The notes under the pieces: generated by a model
The model's database searches: none
Told to the model about the DNA's origin: nothing
The model's input: the letters and a program-made list of their open reading frames with translations, nothing else
DNA from: Bugula neritina
Lineage: Eukaryota > Animalia > Bryozoa
Assembly (NCBI GenBank): GCA_964035545.1
Contig: OZ037767.1
Span: 16,985,781-17,049,780 of the forward strand
Length of the DNA: 64,000 nucleotides
Direction: 5' to 3'
Shown: in pieces, positions 26,938 to 46,924 of the stretch
How positions within the stretch are numbered: the first letter of the stretch is position 1
How the letters are laid out: every line of letters begins with the position of its first letter
Position numbers and translations under genes: made by a program

Positions 26938-27911
26938 CATCTCATTCTAGCTCTGTACTGCTGACTGGATTTAGTCAATACATGAGTTTATTTACACTAC
27001 CTGTATTTGACCACAGGCACTGCCTGCACTTTACTCTATTATACTCTATAGTGTATTATACTCTATACCCACTAATTATTGGTATTTGCTAGTCACAGCT
27101 TCTATTATATCAGACATACAGACAGACACCTAGCTTACTCATCACATACCTATGTGTGCAGTACTAGGGGAGTTAATTGCACTGTGTAATACTCTATGCT
27201 CTGTTTAATACGTACTATATATACATATTACATATACTCTACTATGTTTAATATGTACTATACTCCGTATAATAGTACTATACATATACTCTATACTCTG
27301 TATAATATATACTATATATATACTATACTCTGCTTAATATATACTATATATACTATACTCTGTATAATAGTTGCTATAGCTGCCATCATTACTTTTTGCT
27401 CAGGTGATCGAATTCAGCAACTTGGGTCGTGAGCTAAGATTTGGAAGTTCAAAATTTTAAGTCTAGTGATAAAACTGTGTGTTGGGCAGCTAAGGATAGC
27501 ATGCAATGAAAGTTAGCAATTATTACTATTTGTCTTATAATACTGTTGACTCCAAACCCTGACAGGGAACTTATCAACATGAGCACAAAATTTATTATAA
27601 AACGAAGTTGTTTGAGGTACACCCCTCAGACAGTCTGTAGATGAAAGCTGAGATATATAGGAATATTTTAATACTGTATACTTAATACATCCTTCATCTC
27701 AGTCACTACTCTCCAGTTCTGTGCACTCATTACTCAAAGTAAATGAAGTCTATTATAGCCATGTTGGTCACACAGCAGTGGGCTTTGTTACTGTTTGAAT
27801 GGATTTCTAATATATCTGATTATCCAACTCTTTGAGCATGAAATTCGGTCATTATTCTGTGAATGTAGACGTCCTTGTTCATTCAATCACTGAGTTGTAC
27901 TACTACTCTAT

Positions 27912-27976
<65 letters not shown>

Positions 27977-28111
27977 GTACTACTACTAGTACTAGTACTA
28001 CTACTACTAGTATTACTACTACTACTACTACTCTATTACTACTACTACTACTACTACTACTACTCTATTACTACTACTACTACTACTACTCTATTACTAC
28101 TACTACTACTA

Positions 28112-28149
<38 letters not shown>

Positions 28150-28156
28150 GCTGCTG

Positions 28157-28204
<48 letters not shown>

Positions 28205-28210
28205 GTGCTG

Positions 28211-28248
<38 letters not shown>

Positions 28249-31200
28249 GCTGCTACTACTACCACTTATATCACTCATTTACCTGTTGATTGCAGGTTGC
28301 ATGCAACTTGTTCAGGACTCTGCCCCCCTGTGATAACCCTGACTACGACCCTGAAGAAGATGACCCGACCCTGGAGGCAGCCTGGCCTCACCTTCAACTC
28401 TGCTACGAGTTTTTCCTTCGAGTTCTCGAGTCTCAGGACTTTATGCCCAACCTAGCCAAGAAATACGTGGACCAGAAGTTTGTCCTAGAGGTGAGAGGTC
28501 ACGCTGTCTCTCTGTCTGTCCAGTAGATGTTAGCGTGTTGTGGGGTAGACAACTTCCTGTACCCTTTCCATAGCTTCACGCGTTGATTATGTTTTCTGTT
28601 TAGCTGCTGGACCTGTTTGACAGTGAAGACCCTCGGGAACGGGACTTCCTGAAGACCTGCCTGCACAGAATATACGGAAAGTTCCTCGGGCTAAGGTCGT
28701 TCATTAGGAAACAAGTTAACAACATATTTCTTAGGTCAGTTTCCGGAATACTCCACGGGGTTGGTTACGTCTGTCGAGTAAAGTTTAGTATTTATGTTTT
28801 CCTTCGTGATTTATTCTGGTATTTCAGCCACTTATATTTAACACTTACATCTGTGATACGTACATTTAACACTTACATCTGTGGTACGTACAATCAACAC
28901 TTACATCTGTGGTACGTAGAATCAACACTTACATCTGTGGTATGTACAATCAATACTATTGTGTAAGTTTGATGAGTTTTAAATCTATTTATAGTCCACA
29001 ACTTTCTGTTGCAGATTTATTTATGAAACAGAAAAGTTTAATGGAGTTGGAGAACTTCTAGAAATCTTGGGAAGGTTTGTTTATAGACACAATACTCTAT
29101 TATTATACTCTGTTTATAGACACAATACTCTACTATTATTCTCTGTTTATAGACATAATACTCTATTAAAGTACTCTGTTTATAGACACAATACTCTATT
29201 AATATACTCTGTTTATAGACACAATACTCTATTAATATACTCTGTTTATAGACAGAATACTCTATTAATATACTCTGTTTATAAACACAATACTCTATTA
29301 ATATACTCTGTTTATAGACAGAATACTCTATTAATATACTCTGTTTATAGACAGAATACTCTATTATTATACTCTATTTATAGACACAATACTCTATTAA
29401 TATACTCTATTTATAGACACAATACTCTATTAATATACTCTGTTTATAAACACAATACTCTATTAATATACTCTGTTTATAGACAGAATACTCTATTATT
29501 ATACTCTGTTTATAGACATAATACTCTATTATTATACTCTGTTTATAGACACAATACTCTATTATTATACTCTGTTTATAGACACAATACTCTATTAAAG
29601 TACTCTGTTTATAGACACAATACTCTATTAATATACTCTGTTTATAGACACAATACTCTATTAATATACTCTGTTTATAGACAGAATACTCTATTATTAT
29701 ACTCTGTTTATAGACTGAATACTCTATTAATATACTCTGTTTATAGACATAATACTCTATTATTATAGCATCATCAATGGGTTTGCTTTGCCTCTAAAAG
29801 CAGAACACAAGACCTTCTTGTTGAAGATTCTCGTTCCTCTACACAAGGCCAAGACGCTGGGACTTTACCACGCTCAGGTGAGTCATTATATACAGGTGAG
29901 TCAGTATATACAGGTGAGTCATTATATACAGGTGAGTCATTATATACAGGTGAGTCAGTATATACAGGTGAGTCATTATATACAGGTGAGTCAGTATATA
30001 CAGGTGAGTCATTATATACAGGTGAGTCAGTATATACAGGTGAGTCAGTATATACAGGTGAGTCAGTATATACAGGTGAGTCATTATATACAGGTGAGTC
30101 AGTATATACAGGTGAGTCAGTATATACAGGTGAGTCATTATATACAGGTGAGTCAGTATATACAGGTGAGTCAGTATATACAGGTGAGTCAGTATATACA
30201 GGTGAGTCAGTATATACAGGTGAGTCATTATATGCAGGTGAGTCAGTATATACAGGTGAGAGAGATACTATATACAGGTGAGAGAGACAGGTATATACTA
30301 TCTGCTATGCTATAGCCTCTGCTCCTATCTTACAGCTGGCCTACTGTGTGGTGCAGTTCCTAGAGAAGGACCCGACCCTCACTGACCCGGTAGTCCGAGG
30401 ACTCCTCAAGTTCTGGCCCAAGACGTGCAGTCAGAAGGAGGTCATGTTCCTCGGCGAGATGGAGGAGATACTAGACGTCATTGAGCCGAGTCAGTTCCAG
30501 AAGATACAGGAGCCTCTCTTTCGACAGATAGCCCGGTGTGTCAGCAGCCCGCACTTCCAGGTACGCTGCTGCTGCTGCTGCTGCTGTTGCTGCCATGTGA
30601 ATTCATTAGACTGACTACAGTGTCACTCAGTGCACCACGTTGTATTGACAGATTTGCCCCCTAGACACAATTTGCCGCACCGTAGGCCGTAATGAAAATG
30701 TCAGCCATTTTTAATGTGTCCGGGCTGAAGTTCTCAAAGTGCAATATTGGGTACGATCTATGACGCCTCATAGAACTTTTATATATTTATATCCAATGAA
30801 TTGACGCAAATGTCTTCCTGTCCAATAGGGGCCCGCCACAACTTTTTGATCCTGACATACCGCAATGCCGTACAGGAAGCTCGGACATTTGTAAAAATGG
30901 CTGACATTTTACGTTACAGCTTAAGGCGCGAAAAAGTGTGTCTGGGGGAGTTTAGCTTCAAGCAAAAAATAAATAGCTCTAAATCATCTACTGGTAATCA
31001 TCGTGTAAAGCATCCCATGGTGTTACATTCTCACATATACGATACACTTGTCATGGTATTGTGTTAAAAGGTGGCGGAGAGAGCGTTGTATTACTGGAAC
31101 AATGAGTATCTCATGGGGCTGATAGAGGAAAACTCCAACGTCATTCTGCCCATCATGTTTCCGGCCCTGTACCGGATCAGTAAGGAGCACTGGAACCAGA

Positions 31201-32684
31201 CCATCATAGCGCTGGTCTACAACGTGCTCAAGACCTTCATGGAGATGAACAGCAAACTGTTTGATGAGTTGACGGCCAACTACAAGGCTGATCGGCAAAA
31301 GTATGCTTCATGTTGCTCTGTATCTATTCTAGTCATATAATGTACTGTCTAGTCATATAATGTACTGTCTAGTAATATAATGTACTGTCTAGTAATATAA
31401 TGTACTGTCTAGTAATATAATGTACTGTCTAGTAATATAATGTACTGTCTAGTAATATAATGTACTGCCTAGTGATATAATGTACTGTCTAGTAATATAA
31501 TGTACTGTCTAGTAATATAATGTACTGTCTAGTAATATAATGTACTGTCTAGTAATATAATGTACTGTCTAGTAATATAATGTACTGTCTAGTAATATAA
31601 TGTACTGTCTAGTAATATAATGTACTGCCTAGTAATATAATGTACTGTCTAGTAATATAATGTACTGTCTAGTAATATAGTGTACTGTCTAGTAATATAG
31701 TGTACTGTCTAGTCATATAATGTACTGTCTAGTAATATAATGTACTGCCTAGTAATATAATGTACTGTCTATTCATATAATGTACTGTCTAGTAATATAG
31801 TGTACTGTCTAGTCATATAATGTACTGTCTAGTCATATAATGTACTGTCTAGTAATATAATGTACTGTCTATTCATATAATGTACTGTCTAGTAATATAG
31901 TGTACTGTCTAGTCATATAATGTACTGTCTAGTCATATAATGTACTGTCTAGTAATATAATGTACTGTCTATTCATATAATGTACTGTCTAGTCATATAA
32001 TGTACTGTCTAGTCATATAATGTACTGTCTAGTCATATAATGTACTGTCTATTCATATAATGTACTGTCTAGTAATATAGTGTACTGTCTAGTCATATAA
32101 TGTACTGTCTAGTCATATAATGTACTGTCTAGTAATATAATGTACTGTCTATTCATATAATGTACTGTCTAGTCATATAATGTACTGTCTAGTCATATAA
32201 TGTACTGTCTAGTCATATAATGTACTGTCTAGCCATATAATGTACTGTATAGTCATATAATGTACTGTCTAGTAATATAATGTAGGTATAATATATTATA
32301 TTATAACATACAGTGTAATATGAGTGTAGTATATCTTGTCATAGTAAACTCTAATATAAATATCATGACATACAGTACAAACTAGGATAATACAGTGAAA
32401 GTATTACCTTGTACATTTTATTTACCTTCACATTGATTATTAACACAATAATTGGTGTACTAATATACTGCTATGCATAAATATTGATTATAGTAGTGTA
32501 TGTGCTAATATGCTGCTATACATTAATGTTAATTGTTATTGTTAATGTGCTAATACTTTACAATATTTTTAGAGAGCGGAGAAAAGAGAAAGAGAGAGAA
32601 GATCTGTGGAAGAAGTTAGATCAACTGCAGCTAACTGCCCTCAACAATGCCACTAACTCTGCTGTCAAGGGAAAGAAAAGATAA
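25747..32684 (+). CDS. PPP2R5: Protein phosphatase 2A B56 (B') regulatory subunit, alpha/epsilon (widerborst-like) class, 478 aa, 9 coding exons
   Basis: Exons 25747-25924, 26137-26333, 28296-28490, 28604-28734, 29015-29074, 29769-29877, 30336-30560, 31071-31300 and 32573-32684 total 1437 nt in frame. B56 motifs: [74 protein letters not shown] matches the alpha/epsilon type. Confidence 0.97.
26334..26495 (+). repeat. 20/21-bp tandem repeat starting exactly at a 5' splice site
   Basis: Units GTGAGTCACTATGACTACTCC / GTTAGTTACTTTGACTACTCT / GTCAGTCACTATGACTACTCT begin at 26334, 26355, 26376, 26397 and onward. Confidence 0.88.
26730..26937. repeat. (CA)n microsatellite
   Basis: Interrupted CA tract in a PPP2R5 intron. 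Confidence 0.95.
27898..28262. repeat. (TAC)n microsatellite just upstream of an acceptor
   Basis: Interrupted TAC/TGC tract ending about 30 bp before AG 28294-28295. Confidence 0.95.
28836..28957. repeat. 28-bp tandem repeat (AACACTTACATCTGTGGTACGTACAATC)
   Basis: About 4 copies in a PPP2R5 intron. Confidence 0.85.
29075..29768 (+). repeat. 33-bp minisatellite forming an entire PPP2R5 intron
   Basis: About 21 units of TCTGTTTATAGACACAATACTCTATTAATATAC, running from the donor GT (29075) to the acceptor AG (29767-29768). Confidence 0.96.
29875..30290 (+). repeat. 18-bp minisatellite made of the exon/intron junction (CAG|GTGAGTCA[T/G]TATATA)
   Basis: 21 consecutive CAGGTGAGT copies at 29875+18n, then two CAGGTGAGA copies (30253, 30275). 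Confidence 0.97.
30657..30948. mobile_element. MITE-like element with about 65-bp imperfect terminal inverted repeats
   Basis: CCCCCTAGACAC...AAAATGTCAGCCATTTTTA (30695-30713) pairs with TAAAAATGGCTGACATTTT (30892-30910)...GTGTCTGGGGG. GC-richer than the flanks and non-coding. Confidence 0.7.
31329..32283. repeat. 20-bp minisatellite (TAGT[A/C]ATATAATGTACTGTC)
   Basis: About 47 copies starting about 28 bp after the donor at 31301. Confidence 0.97.
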
Positions 32685-32780
32685 CTCCAACATAATAAAC
32701 TCATCGCATGGAATGAACAAGCTTTAAGCCGCGCAGCTGTTCTATTTTATTTTATATCATTTATTAGCTGCGACGGCTTC

Positions 32781-32796
32781 CCACCAGAGGGCGCTA
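32781..32796 (+). promoter_or_regulatory. Candidate CTCF-binding site
   Basis: CCACCAGAGGGCGCTA closely matches the CTCF core consensus CCACCAG(G/A)GGGCGC. It is an isolated GC-rich motif in AT-rich 3' UTR. Confidence 0.5.
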
Positions 32797-33324
32797 GCCG
32801 TGCTGTGTGTTGGTAACCAGCTGTTGTGAAGGTGATCAATATATGGCCACTCTCGGTGTATTCTTATATCATGACTCTTAGCAACCACTCAATAGTAACT
32901 ACGTTATCCAAGGAAAGTGTTGCTATGGTGATTATGTAAACAATGTTACTAACTTTCTTTTCAGGAGTTGCCTTTTCATAATATTATATACCTTTTGCTG
33001 CGCACTGCAGGCCACTTGTAATATAATCACCAGTTGCTATCATTTTTATATATTCTAGCGGCCATTTTGGGCTCGCCCATCTGTCGTCAAACCCGTTTTT
33101 ATGTTTCAAAGTTGTTTTTAGTTTTATAATGATAATGGGTTTTACTATATACTTTTTGCTACCCTCTGCCCTTTTGTGCTGTGGAATTTAAGTGTGTACA
33201 TTTTGTTATTTTGGAGTAGAGCCTATGAAATGGTGGTTTATGTTGCGTTGACCGTACCATTTACCTGCATCCGCCATGTTAGTCATACCGTGAATATCAA
33301 CAAGTATAGTATTATATATTCTAC

Positions 33325-33330
33325 AATAAA
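33325..33330 (+). terminator. Candidate polyadenylation signal of PPP2R5
   Basis: AATAAA about 640 bp after the stop codon and before the convergent gene. Confidence 0.4.
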
Positions 33331-33606
33331 TATACCATCTCCAGTATAATTGTTATAATGTATACTCTGATGCAGATATTGTGTGCTGTATCTGTCATCA
33401 CACAGGGTAGGTTATAGCAAAGGGAAGACAACACTGAATTTGTTGATAGACAATACTAAATGTTAGATATACAGCAGCAAAGGAGAGACAACTTACTATA
33501 ACTTCATATTTTAATAGAATTTTGGGTTAATATTGCAGCTAATTAAGCAGCATCAATACTATATAGTCAACACGAGTCATTTAGTTCAGTCATCTCAGCT
33601 TAGAGA

Positions 33607-41315
<7,709 letters not shown>

Positions 41316-41973
41316 CCTTTCTATTTTCCTCAACTAAGAATATTGTACTACTTCTAGACAAGCACTGATGCTAACACTGTCTGAAGCATCTCAACAGCTA
41401 CCTGGATGTGTTACAAGTTTCAGACAAGATGGGTGTATTTCAGTGTAATTAGAGTTGGCCTGGTGTTGAATTGTCCATTAAACAGGTATTACACTCTATG
41501 CTAAAGCTAAGTTGAATGATGGAGCAGCTGTGGGTTTATTGCTGCCAAGTTTCTAGGTCATCATTGCTGGCATTAGACCAAAACCCACACTAATGATGCA
41601 TGCAGCAGTTATTGTGTAGGTTTGTAACCCGCCCATGTTTTTTGAAGATCTGGAAACAGTTGTTTTACTCATCATAACTAGTAAGTTGTTCTGAGAAACA
41701 GAATTTATTTTTGAATGATTACTACAATTCAAATGTAATTACACATTAGAGCTGATGAAAACAATAAATTATCTTCAGCAGCAATATTTAAATAAATACT
41801 TTTTCTTATTTGATAAATTTTATACAAATATAAAAATAAATTAAATATATAGTCAACAGTTACAATACTTTTAGCCTTAGAATCAAGTGAAACTCAAAAC
41901 CGTTACAGGCTGGTCCTGTATAACGCTAGCAAATATATATGGACGGAGAAATGGCTGCGGCTTCAACAGGAAA

Positions 41974-44900
41974 CTAGTTCTCATTGGCTGTCACTAAGAG
42001 ATTTTCGAAGATATTAATGATGCTGGCGAGACCAATGAGGTAGCCGTCTTCGTGATTGCCTCTCTCCCACGCTCTGTCGTGACTGATCACATGACCTCCT
42101 TCCAGACGTCTCGTCTTACCGAAGTCTATCATCCAGACGCCGGCTTTAGTGTCATCGTGCACAAACAGCAGTGAGCTGCCGATGACCTTTAACACACAAA
42201 GGTCAGGGTTAAAAATTTAAGGTCACTTATAAGAGATTAAACATTATTGAACACTGATGTGTTGATCTGTTTTCAATTGACAAAAGTATTTGAAACATAG
42301 CCTGTGGAACTCACTTCATGTTTGCCGAAGAAGGCGGACATCTGAAGAGCCTCCCGTAAGTCTTTCAACCTGTGTAGGTACTGCGCTATGGTGTGTGAGT
42401 CCACCTGTGTGAAGTGTTGGAAAGCTCTCTCCACAGATTTGTAGTCCTTGCAGGTCTTAAAGTCCACACCGCAACAACCACCCTCTGAATTCTACAATAC
42501 AGTTTGCACGTGCTCACTGAGTATATTGCTATGTTCTATACAGTTATATAGGATAACAAAGAGTATATATTGTATTCTCTCATACAGTAAACAACGTATC
42601 AAATACCACACAATGCATAATGCCAGAGTGTTTGGTAACATTTAAATGTGAGTTTCCTAGTTCAGTGGTGATGTTTACATAACATAGCGTGTTTATATGC
42701 AGGTATTAAACTAAACAACAAACATGACACACTATATGCTGTACCATTCAGTACAGAAATGTTGTGTAGGGAAGATGTTGCGTAACAAACCTTAAGTCCT
42801 TCTATCCTGAAGCCCAGAGTAGCAGTAGAGCTGCTCTTCTCCCTGAACTGCATGTATCGGGGTTTAGTGATGGCTCTGGCAGCGTGCTCTTCTGCTGTCG
42901 GCTCGTTGGCATCAACCTTTACCATCTTAGCATACATGTCCTATGGAATACAGAGTAACAGTATACAGTATAGTAATACACTGTATAGTAATATACTGTA
43001 TAGTAATATACTGTATAGTAATATACTGTATAGTAATATACTGTATAGTAATATACTGTAGTAATACACTGTAGTAATACACTGTAGTAATACACTGTAG
43101 TAATATACTGCAGTTACACAGTTATAATACTATTACATAAGAGTGACTGTAACTCACTGGTCTTAGTTCCTGATTTGACTCCAACTTAGTGAGTTCGTCT
43201 TCCAGATAAGTTCTAACTCCCATCTTACAGTCCATAACACAGGGGCGGTTGAACCCGTGCAGTAAGTCATCCATCTCTATGTATTCTGTATGGTATACGT
43301 CAAGGAAATAACATATATTATGTTCATTTTACAGCCTGCTATACTGTATTGTACACTGGATATAATACTGTATTATATACTGTATATTACATTGTATATA
43401 CTGCATTGTGTTGCTTGTGTTATATTATATCTCTCAGTTATATCAAGGGAATTCAGAGGCAGTGAGGTAAAGCAAGGTCGTGTGAAGTTCAACAGATTTG
43501 TTGACAATGGTATGACATAAGAAGGTGGAGGTATACAGAAGATATTCAATACCCCCTGTAGATGTATGACAGGGTGTCGTGATACGTAATGCTAGAGTCA
43601 GGCCTGAGGCGTTGGACAGCTGCCAATAGCTCTGTTATTTAGAAATAAATAAAGGGACTTCAGTAAACATGTTGTTAAGTAAATGAAAACTTTAGAAGGA
43701 GAAAAACAAGGTGAAGCTATGATAAACCTGACTATAGTACAGTGATAAATTATACTATTATAAACTTGATTTTAATTTGACTGATGGTGGAATGGTATTG
43801 CATATTTAATTTGCTCATATAAACACAAATAATGAGGGAGTGGGAGAGACATAAAGGACAAACGCCACGTAATTATTGATGTTCCGAACACAAGATGTCA
43901 GAAATGAGCATATGTCACATCACAATTGTGACGTTATAAGTTGTGTGGGTGGAAATAACTGAATATAGGAAACTTTTATTCTCTTGTAAAGTTTTAGAGC
44001 TGAAATGTAACAGCTGTACTGGATGAAAGAGTTTCCATGTTGAAACAGTAGTAGTAGTTATACCACAGCAATGCAGTTTCAACTTTAGGCAACCAATGGT
44101 GTTGGTTTTATGAAAACGAAAAATGCTTGCAGTTTAATGTAAAATTGTCAGTTTGGAAGAAATGACCTTGAAAAATGGTTAAAGGCACTGAGACCCAATG
44201 CTAAGAGACTTAGGGACGTAACCTCCCCCCCCCCGACTGCCGCAAGAGATGTGAATATAGTTAAAGGATACGTTGTGACTCGTGGGAGACAACTCCTCGG
44301 AACTGTGGCACAAATGGTTTCAGTCTATCTTCCATCAGCTGCTCCAGCGCCTGCCTTTCTATGGGAATCATCTTCTTTAGGATTGTTCCTTCTTCACCAA
44401 CAGCAAAACAGTCTACGAGAAAGAAAGAAAGTATGGCAGCTGTGAGGTGGAACTAATATATCATATATCTCAGTAATATATTATATATATCAGTCATATT
44501 ATACATTGTAGTGCTGTGATGGGATTGAGTGAGAACTGCAGGTAAAGAGTGGCTAGTGCACGCAGGTAAAGAGTGGCTAGTGAGCGCAGGTAATTTACTC
44601 AACACTAAGTGATAGTTGCATTGTACGCAGGTACTTTTAAGCAAACAAGTTGTGTTGAAAGATAAAAATGATATTAATGGTTTTACTTTGCCAGGAAATT
44701 AGATTCATAGTTTATTGATTGATTGATTTATTACATATCACAGACATGAAAACAGCGAGCTTCTTTCACTACACTACATCAGTTACTTTCTATAGCTACA
44801 TAAAACTGACCGACTAGTTGACTGAATGACTGGCTGACTGACTGACTATTTGACAGACTGACTGACTGACTGACTGACTGACGGACTATTTGACTAAAAG

Positions 44901-46924
44901 GTCCAACAAATGACTGTAAGGGTTGAGTGGAGTGATTGTGTGCTGTTGTGGCAACAAATTGTGAAATATTTTCTTAAACGCGCCGTCATTGCTTCATAAA
45001 AATATTATTTATCATCATGCTAGCCAAGAGTTGCAAATGGCACATAATTAAATTTAGAAGGGAAAGTTTGCATAACTCATCGCAACATTCATGTGATGTG
45101 GAGCAACTGGAAAACCCAGTGGAAATTATTTCACGGATACAAAAGGGGATCCTTATATAACCATGGGAATTTTGTGAACACATCCTATTTTTATCTCAAC
45201 TATACAGAAACTGGTTTTTGTTAAAGTTTGAGTGTTGTAAGTTTAAAGACATTCACAATGACAAAGTTCTAACATATTTATATAAATATAACTATCTGTC
45301 CATAACCAAATATTTATACTCCCTAAGCACGTGATTGGTTTACACTGGACCAATAATATGCAGATGTGCGGCAGCTGCTGCTATCATTACATAACACTTT
45401 ATTAGACTGCGTGTAGAGTTATACAGTGTAGACTTAGTGGGGTCAACTAGTCATAAGTATTGTATGATATTAGAAAGGAAACCACAGATAAGCCTTTATC
45501 TTAAGTTGTTAATAAGGGCAAGGGAAGTTGAATGAAATCTAAAGTAAAACTGCTAAATATAGTAAATGTCAGTGAAATCATAACCAACAACAATAGCAGT
45601 AGTTGTTCAGTAATAATTGCTACTTGTTTTCCAAATACTCAGTCATAGTCACCAAGAGAGTGTGAACTATGAGTCATAATGGTGACTCACCTTGGTGACC
45701 AGCTAACTGAACCCACTTCTCTGGCTGATCCTTCAGATCTATTATGGACCGCAAACGTTTAATGGACTGCCATCTCTTCTACAATGATACAACATCACAT
45801 GTCACAATACAGCATGGCTGGTAGACGCATCTATGTGCTGGTATAGATATATGCAACCCGACTACCAGCTTATAGGGCGTACTATTTATAGACTATGGTG
45901 TAGCGGCTGACGTATTCGGCTTAGAAATCTGAGGTATACATATTTGTAATCAAATAGCGAAAAATTCTTGTGAACCAAATTTTCTCTTACATAGAAAAAT
46001 AGCAAAACATTGTATCTGCTTTCATCAACTAAAATGTTTAAAGGAATCTTGCTAAGAAATATAATAGTGATTTGATATAATTTCGGTGTGTGTGTACCAG
46101 TGGTGGGCTCACAGACCCACCCCTGGTATCAGTGCCGGGCCAGGAAAGCTACCCTCCATGATGTGAACTTATTACTAGACAGATACTTAGCAATAGGTCC
46201 ACTTGATTGATCATTAAGTTACAAGGACACTAGCAATTAGGTACTTGGGCTATGGTAATCAAGTGCTAGGTCTATTTTGTGATTAATACAGTGTATGGGT
46301 ACAGGACATCTAATTGAGTTTAGTAGCAGTTGACACTAAGACAGGATGTACGAAAATAGAAATGAGGAAATCATGGTGCCTTTCACTAGTTCTACTCTAT
46401 TTATGTTGTCAACATATCTAGCAATAATCATGTTATGTTATCTACATATCTATCAATAGTTGTGTTATGTTTCTACAGTACCTACTGTATACTTCCTGTA
46501 CAACTAGGTGAAAACAGGATATATAATTTAAGTTATGCATAAATTAAACTTTGTACATAGCATAATTATTTAATAATAATAATATAACACTATAAAGTCT
46601 AAAAGTAAAAGCAAAAGTAAATAGATTTCAACACTAAAGTTATTCGTTGTTAGGAGTTGACGAGAATTAAATGGACACATAAAATGTTTAGTAGCCAAGA
46701 GGTTTCATTACAACCTAATGAACTCTCCTCTGTAATTTTCAAAAGAATATAAATACATCTAGCAGTACCTGTTTGTTATTTCGACTTCTTTTATGTGTAC
46801 TCTCCGTTTCCGTTTCTTGCTTTCTCTGTTGTACTTGATCAACAAATCTCTCCAAAGATTTCTGTAAGTGATGTCTTAACTTTTTCATGTTCAAGCTGCA
46901 GCGTGTTGAATAATCGACTTCCAT
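41974..46924 (-). CDS. ITPK: Inositol-1,4,5-trisphosphate 3-kinase (ITPKA/B/C family), about 350 aa, 7 exons
   Basis: Exons (-) 46924-46769, 45778-45691, 44412-44272, 43285-43158, 42940-42791, 42491-42315 and 42186-41974 total 1053 nt in frame. Motifs [22 protein letters not shown] (PxxxDxKxG), [37 protein letters not shown]. The start codon is less certain. Confidence 0.95.
42960..43110. repeat. 15/13-bp tandem repeat (TATAGTAATATACTG) filling most of a short ITPK intron
   Basis: About 10 copies within intron 42941-43157. Confidence 0.88.
43286..44271 (-). other. U12-type (minor spliceosome) GT-AG intron in ITPK
   Basis: The 5' splice site reads GTATCCTTT, and TTCCTTGAC lies about 12 nt upstream of the 3' AG. 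Both match the U12 consensus. Confidence 0.88.

Noticed and set aside
26567-28455. Poly-HT, poly-T, poly-L and poly-S ORFs
   Set aside because: Translations of (CA)n and (TAC)n microsatellites inside a PPP2R5 intron.
46095-46128. GC-rich hairpin followed by ACA on the minus strand in an ITPK intron (possible H/ACA snoRNA)
   Set aside because: No pseudouridylation pocket, and no convincing first hairpin or box H.
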